DNA from: a virus
Lineage: Duplodnaviria; Heunggongvirae; Uroviricota; Caudoviricetes
Direction: 5' to 3' (one strand)
DNA: 64,000 nucleotides
Virus record (IMG/VR): IMGVR_UViG_3300033076_000838
Coordinates: 111,836-175,835 of that record
Positions within the stretch are counted from its first letter, which is position 1; each line of letters opens with the position of its first letter. A program made the position numbers and the translations under genes. The notes beneath the pieces are model-generated. The model had not been told where the DNA came from. It worked only from the letters and a program-made list of their open reading frames with translations, and did no database searches. Below are positions 47,760 to 55,052 of the stretch, one piece after another.

Positions 47760-49195
47760 AAATATTGTACATAGTAGACTTGTTCTACATAGTACATACC
47801 CGCCGCATATGGTGGTTAAATAAACTTGGAAACAAGGATAAAGTGAATACAATGGTTATTGTGTTTGCGGTTTCATCTTCGGATGGAGCTTGAGTATGCA
47901 AGTGGAATATCATTAGACCTGATTAGTGAGGGTAACTCCGTAGTGAAATGGTTTGATGACTGGGCTCTAGTAGAAGTTCAGTTGAGGTAGGAATATCAAT
48001 AAGAATAATCCATAGAGTTATTGCAAGAAGTAAGGACTTAATCTCTCCTTATCATTGCGTGATTCAATATTAGAGGTTGCTTAAAACCGAAAGGTATGTT
48101 GATGTACAGGTGGTGCTGTTATTTACCTTACCTACATCTCACCAAAGAGTGGGTAATGAAGTAATCTTAAAGTATGACGTTAGAGATAACGTATCGAGTA
48201 GTATAGTATTCCGTTCTTCAAAATGGAACGGAGCTAGTGGTAATCCACTACTTGAATTCATCTACAACCAAAACTCAATTTGCTATTGGTGCAAACTATA
48301 AACAAATAAAGAGAAAGAGGTTACCAGTTGCAGACGAAAGGTGTGTACATAGTAGGGAGTTGTTCCCTGCCACAAATCCCCTCAAAGGAGATGTGATTCT
48401 TTCGAAAAGCTTCTAGCACTGCGAGGTGTTAATCGGGTCGGCGGATTCGAAGAGGTAGAGTACGAAGAGAGTAGTTTGTAACTTTATGAGTGGTAGGCAT
48501 TACTTACCCACATTGAATTGGTACTTCTCAAAAGGAAGTGGAAATTAAGGCAACCCATAACCCTTATAAAGCTGGTTCACAATATGGAGTATTCTCATCC
48601 TTATATTTTTACAATGGTTGTATATTGGTTCGATTCCAATAGTAAAAGCTTCGTAGTGGTTTACGCCAGATTGGTTCGATGTACCTTCGAATAACTGAAT
48701 ACCACTTAAAATAAAAAAGAAAAAAGGTATAATGGTATGGTTTTCCGTAGGGGATTTTCGCCTTAAAGAATCTCAATGATACGAATTTAATTGATGGTAA
48801 GTAACGGATGTAGCTAGTCCTTTGAAAGAACCACCCTACAAAATCTTTCTTTTTTAAACGAACTAATCCTTCGAGGCTTATATTAACCAGAGCATGACTT
48901 GGATGGAGTATTTTGAAGATGGATTAGTTTTTTTATTTAGCTAATAACAAAAAAACAAACAAACGTTACGAAAAAATAATTTTTAGATATTTATAACAAG
49001 ATGAAAAACTTAGCATTACATACAAACAACCAATTACCTACACAAAGACGTGAGTGGGCTGGGAATTGTATGTTTAGTACGATAGTCCTTCCGCAAGCAG
49101 AATTGAATTTTGGCAAGGTAGATTATATTAGTACTCCGTTAAGGGAAGCATCAGGTTGGTAATGATGTAAGATTTAAATAGAAAATATTTGAAGA
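47760..49195 (+). ncRNA. candidate large structured noncoding RNA (about 1.4 kb ORF-free, GC-richer region inside the tRNA array)
   Basis: Promoter at 47682 and terminator at 49197-49229. No ORF longer than 75 aa on either strand. UUCG and GNRA-type hairpins such as CATCTTCGGATG, and tRNA-like T-loop fragments such as ATTGGTTCGATTCCAAT at about 48617. Confidence 0.4.
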
Positions 49196-49196
49196 A

Positions 49197-49229
49197 CCCT
49201 TAACTGATAAAAAAGTTAAGGGTTTTTTC
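49197..49229 (+). terminator. intrinsic terminator
   Basis: CCCTTAAC-TGATAAAAAA-GTTAAGGG plus TTTTTT. Confidence 0.6.
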
Positions 49230-49235
49230 GTATAA

Positions 49236-49307
49236 GGGTTGGTAGCTCAGAGGCAGAGCAATGGTCTGTTAAACCATAGGTCGAGATTTCGAAATTCTCC
49301 CTTCCCT
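49236..49307 (+). tRNA. tRNA-Asn (GTT)-like; acceptor stem has U4-U69 and U5-U68 mismatches
   Basis: D arm GCTC/GAGC, anticodon loop CTGTTAA, T-loop TTCGAAA; acceptor GGGTTGG/CCTTCCC is imperfect. Confidence 0.5.
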
Positions 49308-49325
49308 CAATTAGTTCTTTGATAT

Positions 49326-49397
49326 GCGAATATCGTATAGTGGTTATTACTCCTTCCTTCCAAGTAGGAGACGTAGGTTCGATTCCTACTATTCGCT
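49326..49397 (+). tRNA. tRNA-Gly (TCC)
   Basis: Acceptor GCGAATA/TATTCGC; anticodon loop CTTCCAA. Confidence 0.65.
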
Positions 49398-49405
49398 CAA
49401 TAAAT

Positions 49406-49477
49406 TGCCCGATGGTGTAATGGTTAGCATACATCACTTTGACTGATGTAGTATAGGTTCGAATCCTATTCGGGCAT
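49406..49477 (+). tRNA. tRNA-Gln (TTG)
   Basis: U1-A72; anticodon stem CATCA/TGATG; loop CTTTGAC. Confidence 0.7.
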
Positions 49478-49483
49478 CAATTA

Positions 49484-49559
49484 GGAGATTAGCTCAGTTG
49501 GTTAGAGCATTTGGTTTACATCCAAAGGGTCATAGGTTCGAATCCTATATCTCCTACCA
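49484..49559 (+). tRNA. tRNA-Val (TAC), CCA encoded
   Basis: Acceptor GGAGATT/ATCTCCT; loop TTTACAT. Confidence 0.75.
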
Positions 49560-49566
49560 TTTAAAT

Positions 49567-49648
49567 GCCGACGTCGCATAGTGGCAATTGCAAGGGACTG
49601 TAAATCCCTCCTCTTCGGAGTTCGTAGGTTCGAGTCCTACCGGCGGCA
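49567..49648 (+). tRNA. tRNA-Tyr (GTA), type II
   Basis: Anticodon stem AGGGA/TCCCT, loop CTGTAAA, long variable arm. Confidence 0.7.
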
Positions 49649-49656
49649 CAACAAAT

Positions 49657-49729
49657 GGAGCTTTCGTATAGCTGGTGCGTACGTTGGACTGAAAATCCAA
49701 AGGACGAGGTTCGATTCCTCGAGGCTCCA
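49657..49729 (+). tRNA. tRNA-Phe (GAA)
   Basis: Acceptor GGAGCTT/AGGCTCC; loop CTGAAAA. Confidence 0.75.
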
Positions 49730-49735
49730 CATAAT

Positions 49736-49809
49736 GAATCCGTAGCTCAGTTGGTTAGAGCACCTCACTTTTAATGAGGGAGTCAATGGTTCGAGTCCAT
49801 TCGGGTTCA
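49736..49809 (+). tRNA. tRNA-Lys (TTT)
   Basis: Acceptor GAATCCG/CGGGTTC; loop CTTTTAA. Confidence 0.75.
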
Positions 49810-49814
49810 CATAT

Positions 49815-49890
49815 AGGGTAATAGAGGAGTCCGGTCTATCTCGCTTCGTTTGGGACGAAGAGCACGCAGGTTCGAATCCTGCTTACCCTA
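49815..49890 (+). tRNA. tRNA-Pro (TGG)
   Basis: Acceptor AGGGTAA/TTACCCT; anticodon stem CTTCG/CGAAG, loop TTTGGGA. Confidence 0.7.
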
Positions 49891-49896
49891 CAACAC

Positions 49897-49970
49897 TGGT
49901 AGTTAGCTCATTTGGTTAGAGCATCTCGCTGATACCGAGAAGGTGGCAGGTTCGAATCCCGCACTACCAA
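49897..49970 (+). tRNA. tRNA-Ile (GAT)
   Basis: Acceptor TGGTAGT/ACTACCA; loop CTGATAC. Confidence 0.7.
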
Positions 49971-49981
49971 CTTTGAAATAC

Positions 49982-50052
49982 ACGAGTATGGTGCAATGGT
50001 AGCATACGGCTCTCCAAAAGCTTTGATGTGGGTTCGAATCCTACTACTCGTG
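49982..50052 (+). tRNA. tRNA-Trp (CCA)
   Basis: Acceptor ACGAGTA/TACTCGT; loop CTCCAAA. Confidence 0.65.
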
Positions 50053-50115
50053 CTAAATGAATAAAACTATGAAACAATTATTTGACAAACATTAGGTAAC
50101 GAAACCTAATGTAAA

Positions 50116-50307
50116 ATGAAAGAAGAAAAAGTAAAAAAAATGAATGCAATCTACAACTATTGTATGATTTGCAACAAACGAAATGGTAGTTGGTACTATG
50201 ATTGTCACCCATCATCATTTGGAGCAAAAAGACATGGTAGTGGTAAGATTGTAAGAGTAAGAGAGTGTAAAAGTTGGAAACACAACCGAAAGACTCAATG
50301 GAAGTAA
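50116..50307 (+). CDS. small basic Cys-containing protein embedded in the tRNA array
   Basis: ORF track; CMICN...C...C. Confidence 0.35.
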   Translation: MKEEKVKKMNAIYNYCMICNKRNGSWYYDCHPSSFGAKRHGSGKIVRVRECKSWKHNRKTQWK

Positions 50308-50311
50308 AGAT

Positions 50312-50383
50312 AGTTCCGTAGTTTAACGGATAGAACAATTGGCTACGAACCAGTAAATGGGAGTTCGATTCTCTCCGGAACTA
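50312..50383 (+). tRNA. tRNA-Arg (ACG)
   Basis: Acceptor AGTTCCG/CGGAACT; anticodon stem ATTGG/CCAGT, loop CTACGAA. Confidence 0.7.
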
Positions 50384-50390
50384 CACAATT

Positions 50391-50463
50391 GTCAGGTTGG
50401 CCGAGATGGTTTAGGTGGTGCTCTGCAAAAGCATTTACGTTGGTTCGAATCCAACACTTGACT
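50391..50463 (+). tRNA. tRNA-Cys (GCA)
   Basis: Acceptor GTCAGGT/ACTTGAC; loop CTGCAAA; short D stem. Confidence 0.6.
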
Positions 50464-50468
50464 CAGAT

Positions 50469-50538
50469 TGCGTGACTTAGTGGAAAAGAGTTATCTCTCA
50501 TAAGGATGACCAATTGAGTTCGAACCTCAAACACGCAA
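50469..50538 (+). tRNA. tRNA with CAT anticodon (elongator Met or Ile2 type); D arm atypical
   Basis: T arm TTGAG-TTCGAAC-CTCAA; loop CTCATAA; acceptor TGCGTGA/ACACGCA. Confidence 0.45.
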
Positions 50539-50543
50539 CATAT

Positions 50544-50629
50544 AGAGAGTTACCCAAGTTGGTGAAGGGGCCTGTTTGCTAAACAGGTAGGATGTAAAAG
50601 TCGCAAGAGTTCGAGCCTCTTACTCTCTA
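50544..50629 (+). tRNA. tRNA-Ser (GCT), type II
   Basis: Acceptor AGAGAGT/ACTCTCT; loop TTGCTAA; long variable arm. Confidence 0.75.
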
Positions 50630-50649
50630 CGGAAAAAAATAATACTTAT

Positions 50650-50723
50650 GTCCGTATGGCGTAATTGGCAACCGCACTGGTCTTAGAAACCAGTTTGTGT
50701 AGGTTCGAATCCTACTATGGACA
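50650..50723 (+). tRNA. tRNA with TAG anticodon (reads CUA, Leu by the code) but with a short, type-I variable arm
   Basis: Acceptor GTCCGTA/TATGGAC; perfect anticodon stem CTGGT/ACCAG; loop CTTAGAA; 5-nt variable loop. Confidence 0.55.
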
Positions 50724-50748
50724 CAAAACTAAAAAAAAAGGTAATACT

Positions 50749-51207
50749 ATGGTTTTTAAAAAATTACAATCGAAAGAAGAAATCCAATTGGTTCAGTACA
50801 TTAAAGAGTATATGGAATTAAATACTGATGCTGAGATATTGATTGGTTGTGATTCACAAAACTCTCGTAGTAAAACTATTTACGCAATTGTAGTAGCATT
50901 ATATAGACCGGGTAAAGGTGGTCATGTTCTTTATAGAAAATGGAGTACTGAAAGAGAAAGAGTTCGTTCTATTAGATTATTACAAGAAGTTTGGTTTGCA
51001 ATTGAAACTGCAGAATACTTAAAAGAGAATGGTGTTAAAAAACCTAAGTGGATTGATGTGGATTTAAATCCAGACCCACGATACAAATCTAATGAGGTAT
51101 TCAGACAGGCAGTTGGTATGGTTGAAGGTATGGGATATTCAGTAAGGTATAAATCCTTAGGTCCTATTGCAACATATTGTGCTGACCATTTAGTAAAAAA
51201 TAATTAA
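50749..51207 (+). CDS. hypothetical protein, possibly an RNase H-like fold (weak)
   Basis: Start trimmed to the ATG after the tRNA (the ORF-track start lies inside the tRNA). ILIGCDSQNS...YAIVVALYRPGKGGHVL is weakly RNase H-like. Confidence 0.4.
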   Translation: MVFKKLQSKEEIQLVQYIKEYMELNTDAEILIGCDSQNSRSKTIYAIVVALYRPGKGGHVLYRKWSTERERVRSIRLLQEVWFAIETAEYLKENGVKKPKWIDVDLNPDPRYKSNEVFRQAVGMVEGMGYSVRYKSLGPIATYCADHLVKNN

Positions 51208-51214
51208 ACAAATG

Positions 51215-51252
51215 TTTGGATATATTAAAATAAATTCGTATATTTGTTAAAC
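51215..51252 (+). promoter_or_regulatory. phage promoter cassette
   Basis: TGTTTGGATATATTAAAATAAATTCGTATATTTGTTAAAC. Confidence 0.5.
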
Positions 51253-51279
51253 AATTAGGGAGAACGTTCCCTAATACAT

Positions 51280-51350
51280 CGCGAGGGGGAGGTAAGGTAT
51301 TTCATTGGTCTCATAAGCCAAACTAAGTGGGTTCGATTCCCACCCTACGC
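51280..51350 (+). tRNA. tRNA with CAT anticodon (Met or Ile2 type); acceptor and D arms imperfect
   Basis: Anticodon stem TTGGT/GCCAA, loop CTCATAA, T arm GTGGG-TTCGATT-CCCAC. Confidence 0.45.
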
Positions 51351-51371
51351 AACAAAAAAATGTTAAAAAAG

Positions 51372-51409
51372 ATTAGGAAATTTAAAAATTATTTCGTATC
51401 TTTACAATG
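51372..51409 (+). promoter_or_regulatory. phage promoter (short form) driving tRNA-His
   Basis: GATTAGGAAATTTAAAAATTATTTCGTATCTTTACAATG. Confidence 0.45.
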
Positions 51410-51439
51410 TTCTTTGAGATGATGGTTAGTAAGTAATAT

Positions 51440-51514
51440 GGTGTTTGTAGCTCAACTGGTTAGAGCATCCGATTGTGGTTCGGAAGGTTGTGAGTTCGAA
51501 ACTCATCATTCACC
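51440..51514 (+). tRNA. tRNA-His (GTG) with G-1; acceptor has U4-U69 and U5-U68 mismatches
   Basis: Extra 5' G pairing with C73; D arm GCTC/GAGC; loop TTGTGGT. Confidence 0.65.
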
Positions 51515-51587
51515 CAAGGGGTTTTCAGTCCCAAGTGCTGGTTAGATGAAACACGCTATCCGTATGAGCCCATCAAAACTGAAACTT

Positions 51588-51659
51588 GCTCGGTTCGACA
51601 AGCGGTTAAGTCACGTCCCTTTCACGGATGAGTCACGGGTTCGATTCCCGTACCGAGTA
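51588..51659 (+). tRNA. tRNA-Glu (TTC)
   Basis: Acceptor GCTCGGT/ACCGAGT; anticodon stem CGTCC/GGATG; loop CTTTCAC. Confidence 0.6.
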
Positions 51660-51962
51660 CAAGACATACATCAGCCACATTAATTCCTTCAACCATATTG
51701 AGAGGTTAGTGTATGTTTAGGTAAGAGAGAAGAAGTGGTTGGGACATCTCTTTTACCGATAATATTGTATCAAATGTGCAGTGAAAATTGATGTAGGCAT
51801 ACATTGATGAGGTGGGTTCGATTCCCGTTTAATAATTCTTAGGTCAAAAGCCGGAGGAAGAAGCCAAGTAATTGAGAACACATTATAGCCGGAGTGGGTG
51901 TGCACCTCGTCTAGAGACCCTAATAGTTCCTAATAGGTCGGTATGGAACTGATACATAATTT

Positions 51963-52035
51963 GCCTCCTTAGCTCAGTTGGTAGAGCATCTCATTTGTAA
52001 TGAGAATGTCACTGGTTCGAACCCGGTAGGAGGCT
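51963..52035 (+). tRNA. tRNA-Thr (TGT)
   Basis: Acceptor GCCTCCT/AGGAGGC; loop TTTGTAA. Confidence 0.75.
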
Positions 52036-52329
52036 CGAGTGGATTCATCAGTTGATGAAAACCAATCGGGGGTTGTCCCACTAGAATGGAAACATCCCCT
52101 GCAAATAATGGCTCTATAATTGTTGAGGTCGCACCAAAAGCAATGAGTGGGTGAATGATGATTGAATGTAGCAATCTCCTTAATACTAGGATTGGAGTGT
52201 AAAATTGTTCATACATTTAGTAAGTAGTTCATAAGATGGGTTCGATTCCCATTAGAGTCTCAATGATTACTGAAATTGAATGATACGAGTCCTCAAAGTT
52301 CGAAAAGAGTCAGGCAGTAATCGTTATTT

Positions 52330-52406
52330 GGTGTATTGGTGTAGAGGCCCAACATGCTTCCCTGTCACGGAAGAGACCACGAGTTCGAATCTCGTATACA
52401 CCGCCA
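52330..52406 (+). tRNA. tRNA-Asp (GTC), CCA encoded
   Basis: Acceptor GGTGTAT/ATACACC; anticodon stem CTTCC/GGAAG; loop CTGTCAC. Confidence 0.75.
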
Positions 52407-52407
52407 T

Positions 52408-52479
52408 GGCTCCATAGGTAAAGGGATATACCGCCTCTCTTCTAAAGAGGATTTTCAAGTTCGAGTCTTGATGGGGCTA
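52408..52479 (+). tRNA. tRNA-Arg (TCT)
   Basis: Acceptor GGCTCCA/TGGGGCT; D stem GGTA/TACC; loop CTTCTAA. Confidence 0.7.
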
Positions 52480-52526
52480 CATAACATTAAAACATTAAAC
52501 CTTAAAATAAACCAAAACAAAATTGT

Positions 52527-52937
52527 ATGCAAAATCTTTTTATTAGTATTATTATGTTGTTTTTACCATTAGAGGTTACGACAACAAATGTAGAAATTGA
52601 AGAAAGTAGTAATTTAGAAGAGTTAGGAGTAGTGACGGTCACAACTTACAAACCAACATCAGGAGAAACTGATTCTACACCAAACGTTACCGCAAGTGGA
52701 TTTAAGATTAGTAAGAAGAATCCTAAGAAACACCGAATCATCGCAGTAAGTCGTGATTTAAAACGTAAGTTAAAATTCGGACAGAAAGTTCGATTGAAGA
52801 ACGCAGGTAAGTATAATGGTGAGTATGTTGTAAGGGATGTAATGAATAAGAGATATAAAAAACGTATTGATATTCTAATCAACCCAAAAGACAAACAAAC
52901 AAAACTTTCAAAAGTGAAAGTCTATAAAGTGAAATAG
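52527..52937 (+). CDS. 3D-domain (MltA / YuiC-like) cell-wall hydrolase-like protein
   Basis: TTYKPTSGETDSTPNVTASG...IIAVSRD...LKFGQKV...GEYVVRDVM...RIDIL matches the three-Asp 3D-domain pattern; N-terminal signal segment. Confidence 0.5.
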   Translation: MQNLFISIIMLFLPLEVTTTNVEIEESSNLEELGVVTVTTYKPTSGETDSTPNVTASGFKISKKNPKKHRIIAVSRDLKRKLKFGQKVRLKNAGKYNGEYVVRDVMNKRYKKRIDILINPKDKQTKLSKVKVYKVK

Positions 52938-52942
52938 AGTTT

Positions 52943-53028
52943 GCCCCGATGGAGAAACTGGTAGACTCGCAGCACTTAAAATGCTGTTCGCCGTAAGGAG
53001 AGTGCAGGTTCAAATCCTGCTCGGGGCA
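52943..53028 (+). tRNA. tRNA-Leu (TAA), type II
   Basis: Acceptor GCCCCGA/TCGGGGC; loop CTTAAAA; long variable arm. Confidence 0.8.
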
Positions 53029-53131
53029 CAATGTAATGATTCGAAAGAATAGCGGAACGGATGCTAAGAATGAAATGGAAACAATTGAAGCTCGTATAAA
53101 GGAGTGAATTTGAAACAAACCGCACAGACAT

Positions 53132-53215
53132 TACATTATTTGGGGGTGTAGCTCAGTTGGCTAGAGCACTTGCCTTGCACGCAAGGGGTCGTGGGTTCGA
53201 GTCCCTCCTCCTCCA
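53132..53215 (+). tRNA. tRNA-Ala (TGC) with G3-U70; U6-U67 mismatch
   Basis: Acceptor GGGGGTG/CTCCTCC; loop CTTGCAC. Confidence 0.65.
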
Positions 53216-53267
53216 CTATCGTTGATATAAACGATAAAAACTATTATCATCAATATAGATGATATTA

Positions 53268-53344
53268 GGGCTTGTAGCTCATTCGGTTAGAGCAACTGAC
53301 TCATAATCAGTAGGTAATAGGTTCGATTCCTATCTGGCCCACCA
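53268..53344 (+). tRNA. tRNA-Met (CAT), CCA encoded; U6-U67 mismatch
   Basis: Acceptor GGGCTTG/CTGGCCC; D arm GCTC/GAGC; loop CTCATAA. Confidence 0.7.
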
Positions 53345-53360
53345 ATTTAATAAATAAATT

Positions 53361-53549
53361 ATGCAACACTTAAATGAATACATGAAAGGGTTATTACCTA
53401 TCGTAGTTGTTACACTTGCGTTATACATATACGATTCACATAGGAATCCTTATACCCATAGTTCTATTTTAGAAATTTTCGGTGGAGTTATGGTGTGTGT
53501 TCTTTTAATAGGTGCTGTTAAGGAATACAATCGTAACGATGAGGTATAG
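53361..53549 (+). CDS. small membrane protein
   Basis: Two TM segments. Confidence 0.4.
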   Translation: MQHLNEYMKGLLPIVVVTLALYIYDSHRNPYTHSSILEIFGGVMVCVLLIGAVKEYNRNDEV

Positions 53550-53748
53550 TAGTTTTAATTACCCAATAAGACGAATTAACGATAAATTATATCAGGTCAT
53601 TGCTGAATATTCTTTTGAAGTTGTCAAAGATGTCAATAGTATCAAAGAATGGTTAGAATGTGATGTAGCATTCAAAAGTAACCAAACAAACACTTATCTT
53701 TTTTGTAGAACAATCGAAGATGTCAATTTCGAATCTATAACCACATAA
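53539..53748 (+). CDS. small hypothetical protein
   Basis: Internal ATG of ORF 53512-53748. Confidence 0.35.
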   Translation: MRYSSFNYPIRRINDKLYQVIAEYSFEVVKDVNSIKEWLECDVAFKSNQTNTYLFCRTIEDVNFESITT

Positions 53749-53757
53749 TTTTATTGG

Positions 53758-54651
53758 TTGATATTTATAGGTATGGATTATAAACGTTTACGCAGTTTAA
53801 GAAACTCATACCCTGCAGTATCAAATACTGATGTTTCATCTTATTATGAAGATAAGGGTGAATACATACGCAGATATGGTAATGATAGAGATAATGCATA
53901 TATAGACCTATTTTCATATCCAATCGATAAAATACAAACCTTAGACCCCGTAACATATCCTTATGTTGATTTTTCATTCATCGTTCAATTCTATGATGAA
54001 GAACAAGGTTTTATAGAAGAATGGACATCTGCTCCTTTTAAGAAATTATTGGAAGAAGCAAAAAAAGAAAAAAATCCTTATTTTAATAAATTTACTGTCG
54101 CAGTTATTCCAATCGATTATGGTGATTTAAAAAACCATCATCGTAAAAATAAATTAGCAATTGGTGAAAAATATGCGGAAGTTGAAGTAACAAAAACCAT
54201 ATCAACTATTGAAGATATGCTATTACACATTCAATGGCTGACAGTATTCACCGACCAATTCCGTAATACAAATATTGGTAATAAAATTGATGACCCTAAA
54301 TATCCAATCGATGGTATTGGTAGTTGGATTAGTACCCATAATCCAAATGGAACGTTTGGGTTTGGTTGGGAAAAATATTTAAAACAAACGTTGGAAGATA
54401 AGGTTTTCGCTGATGAAATTACAAGTGATACTTTAATACCAGATGTAATTAAAAAAACAAAACCATCTGATAAGAGTTTACCGATTCAACAACAACCAAC
54501 ACAATTACCTGCAGTAGAACCTACACCACCAAATGTTCCACCACAACAACCTGTATATTACAATACTCGTTATAATCAATATTATCCAACGGATGTAAGT
54601 CAAGAACAAGATATAATTCGTTTCAGAAATGGTGAATATAATTATCGTTAA
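53758..54651 (+). CDS. hypothetical protein with a Pro/Gln-rich C-terminus
   Basis: ORF track. Confidence 0.45.
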   Translation: MIFIGMDYKRLRSLRNSYPAVSNTDVSSYYEDKGEYIRRYGNDRDNAYIDLFSYPIDKIQTLDPVTYPYVDFSFIVQFYDEEQGFIEEWTSAPFKKLLEEAKKEKNPYFNKFTVAVIPIDYGDLKNHHRKNKLAIGEKYAEVEVTKTISTIEDMLLHIQWLTVFTDQFRNTNIGNKIDDPKYPIDGIGSWISTHNPNGTFGFGWEKYLKQTLEDKVFADEITSDTLIPDVIKKTKPSDKSLPIQQQPTQLPAVEPTPPNVPPQQPVYYNTRYNQYYPTDVSQEQDIIRFRNGEYNYR

Positions 54652-54671
54652 TTTAACCCAATTTAAATAAT

Positions 54672-55031
54672 ATGAAAAGAAGAACCTTTACAACAATCGA
54701 TTGGAGAAGATACTTAGAACCAACTAATGATAAACGCGTTGAAAAGTTTTTAGAGGCCAGAGGGTTTGATGTAATGAATCAGGTTTCTCAAAATATTCAT
54801 AACGCAGGATTGAAAGGTTGGGATGAAGTGGCAATATTAGTTCATCCTAATGCATCTGCAATATCATTAGTTCCAAAAGAAGAATATATAGAGGCATTAG
54901 ACCATTGTTTAGAATGGTTCAAAAATAAAGAAGAATATGAGATGTGTGGAAAAATCGTAAAGTATAAAGAAGACATACTTAACTATAAGAAACCGGTGAG
55001 GAAGAAGAGAGAAAGTAAAAAGTTAATTTAA
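54672..55031 (+). CDS. hypothetical protein
   Basis: ORF track. Confidence 0.45.
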   Translation: MKRRTFTTIDWRRYLEPTNDKRVEKFLEARGFDVMNQVSQNIHNAGLKGWDEVAILVHPNASAISLVPKEEYIEALDHCLEWFKNKEEYEMCGKIVKYKEDILNYKKPVRKKRESKKLI

Positions 55032-55052
55032 AAAAACAAACGTTTCATTTTT

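Noticed and set aside
48077-48301. 74-aa + strand ORF inside the candidate large ncRNA
   Set aside because: No promoter or start context. It sits in a GC-rich structured region and there is no neighbouring ORF, so it is likely a chance frame. Kept only as an alternative hypothesis to the ncRNA call.
48596-48640. Mini-helix (acceptor plus T-arm only) tRNA-like hairpin TTTTACA...ATTGGTTCGATTCCAAT AGTAAAA
   Set aside because: It is short and AT-rich, and the acceptor pairing has a mismatch. It could be fortuitous, so it is mentioned only within the ncRNA finding.
47760-49195. RNase P RNA or a group I/II intron as the identity of the large ORF-free region
   Set aside because: I could not find the universally conserved RNase P P4 and GGU-GNAA blocks, the group I P7 (R/S elements) or the group II domain V consensus by eye. 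This was not excluded rigorously.
49216-49437. Minus-strand ORF (73 aa) and similar ORFs 50078-50338(-), 51974-52216(-), 52879-53118(-), 52354-52572(+), 52646-52894(-)
   Set aside because: All overlap well-formed tRNA genes or the 3D-domain gene on the opposite strand. Their odd composition is a translation of structured tRNA sequence, so they are spurious.
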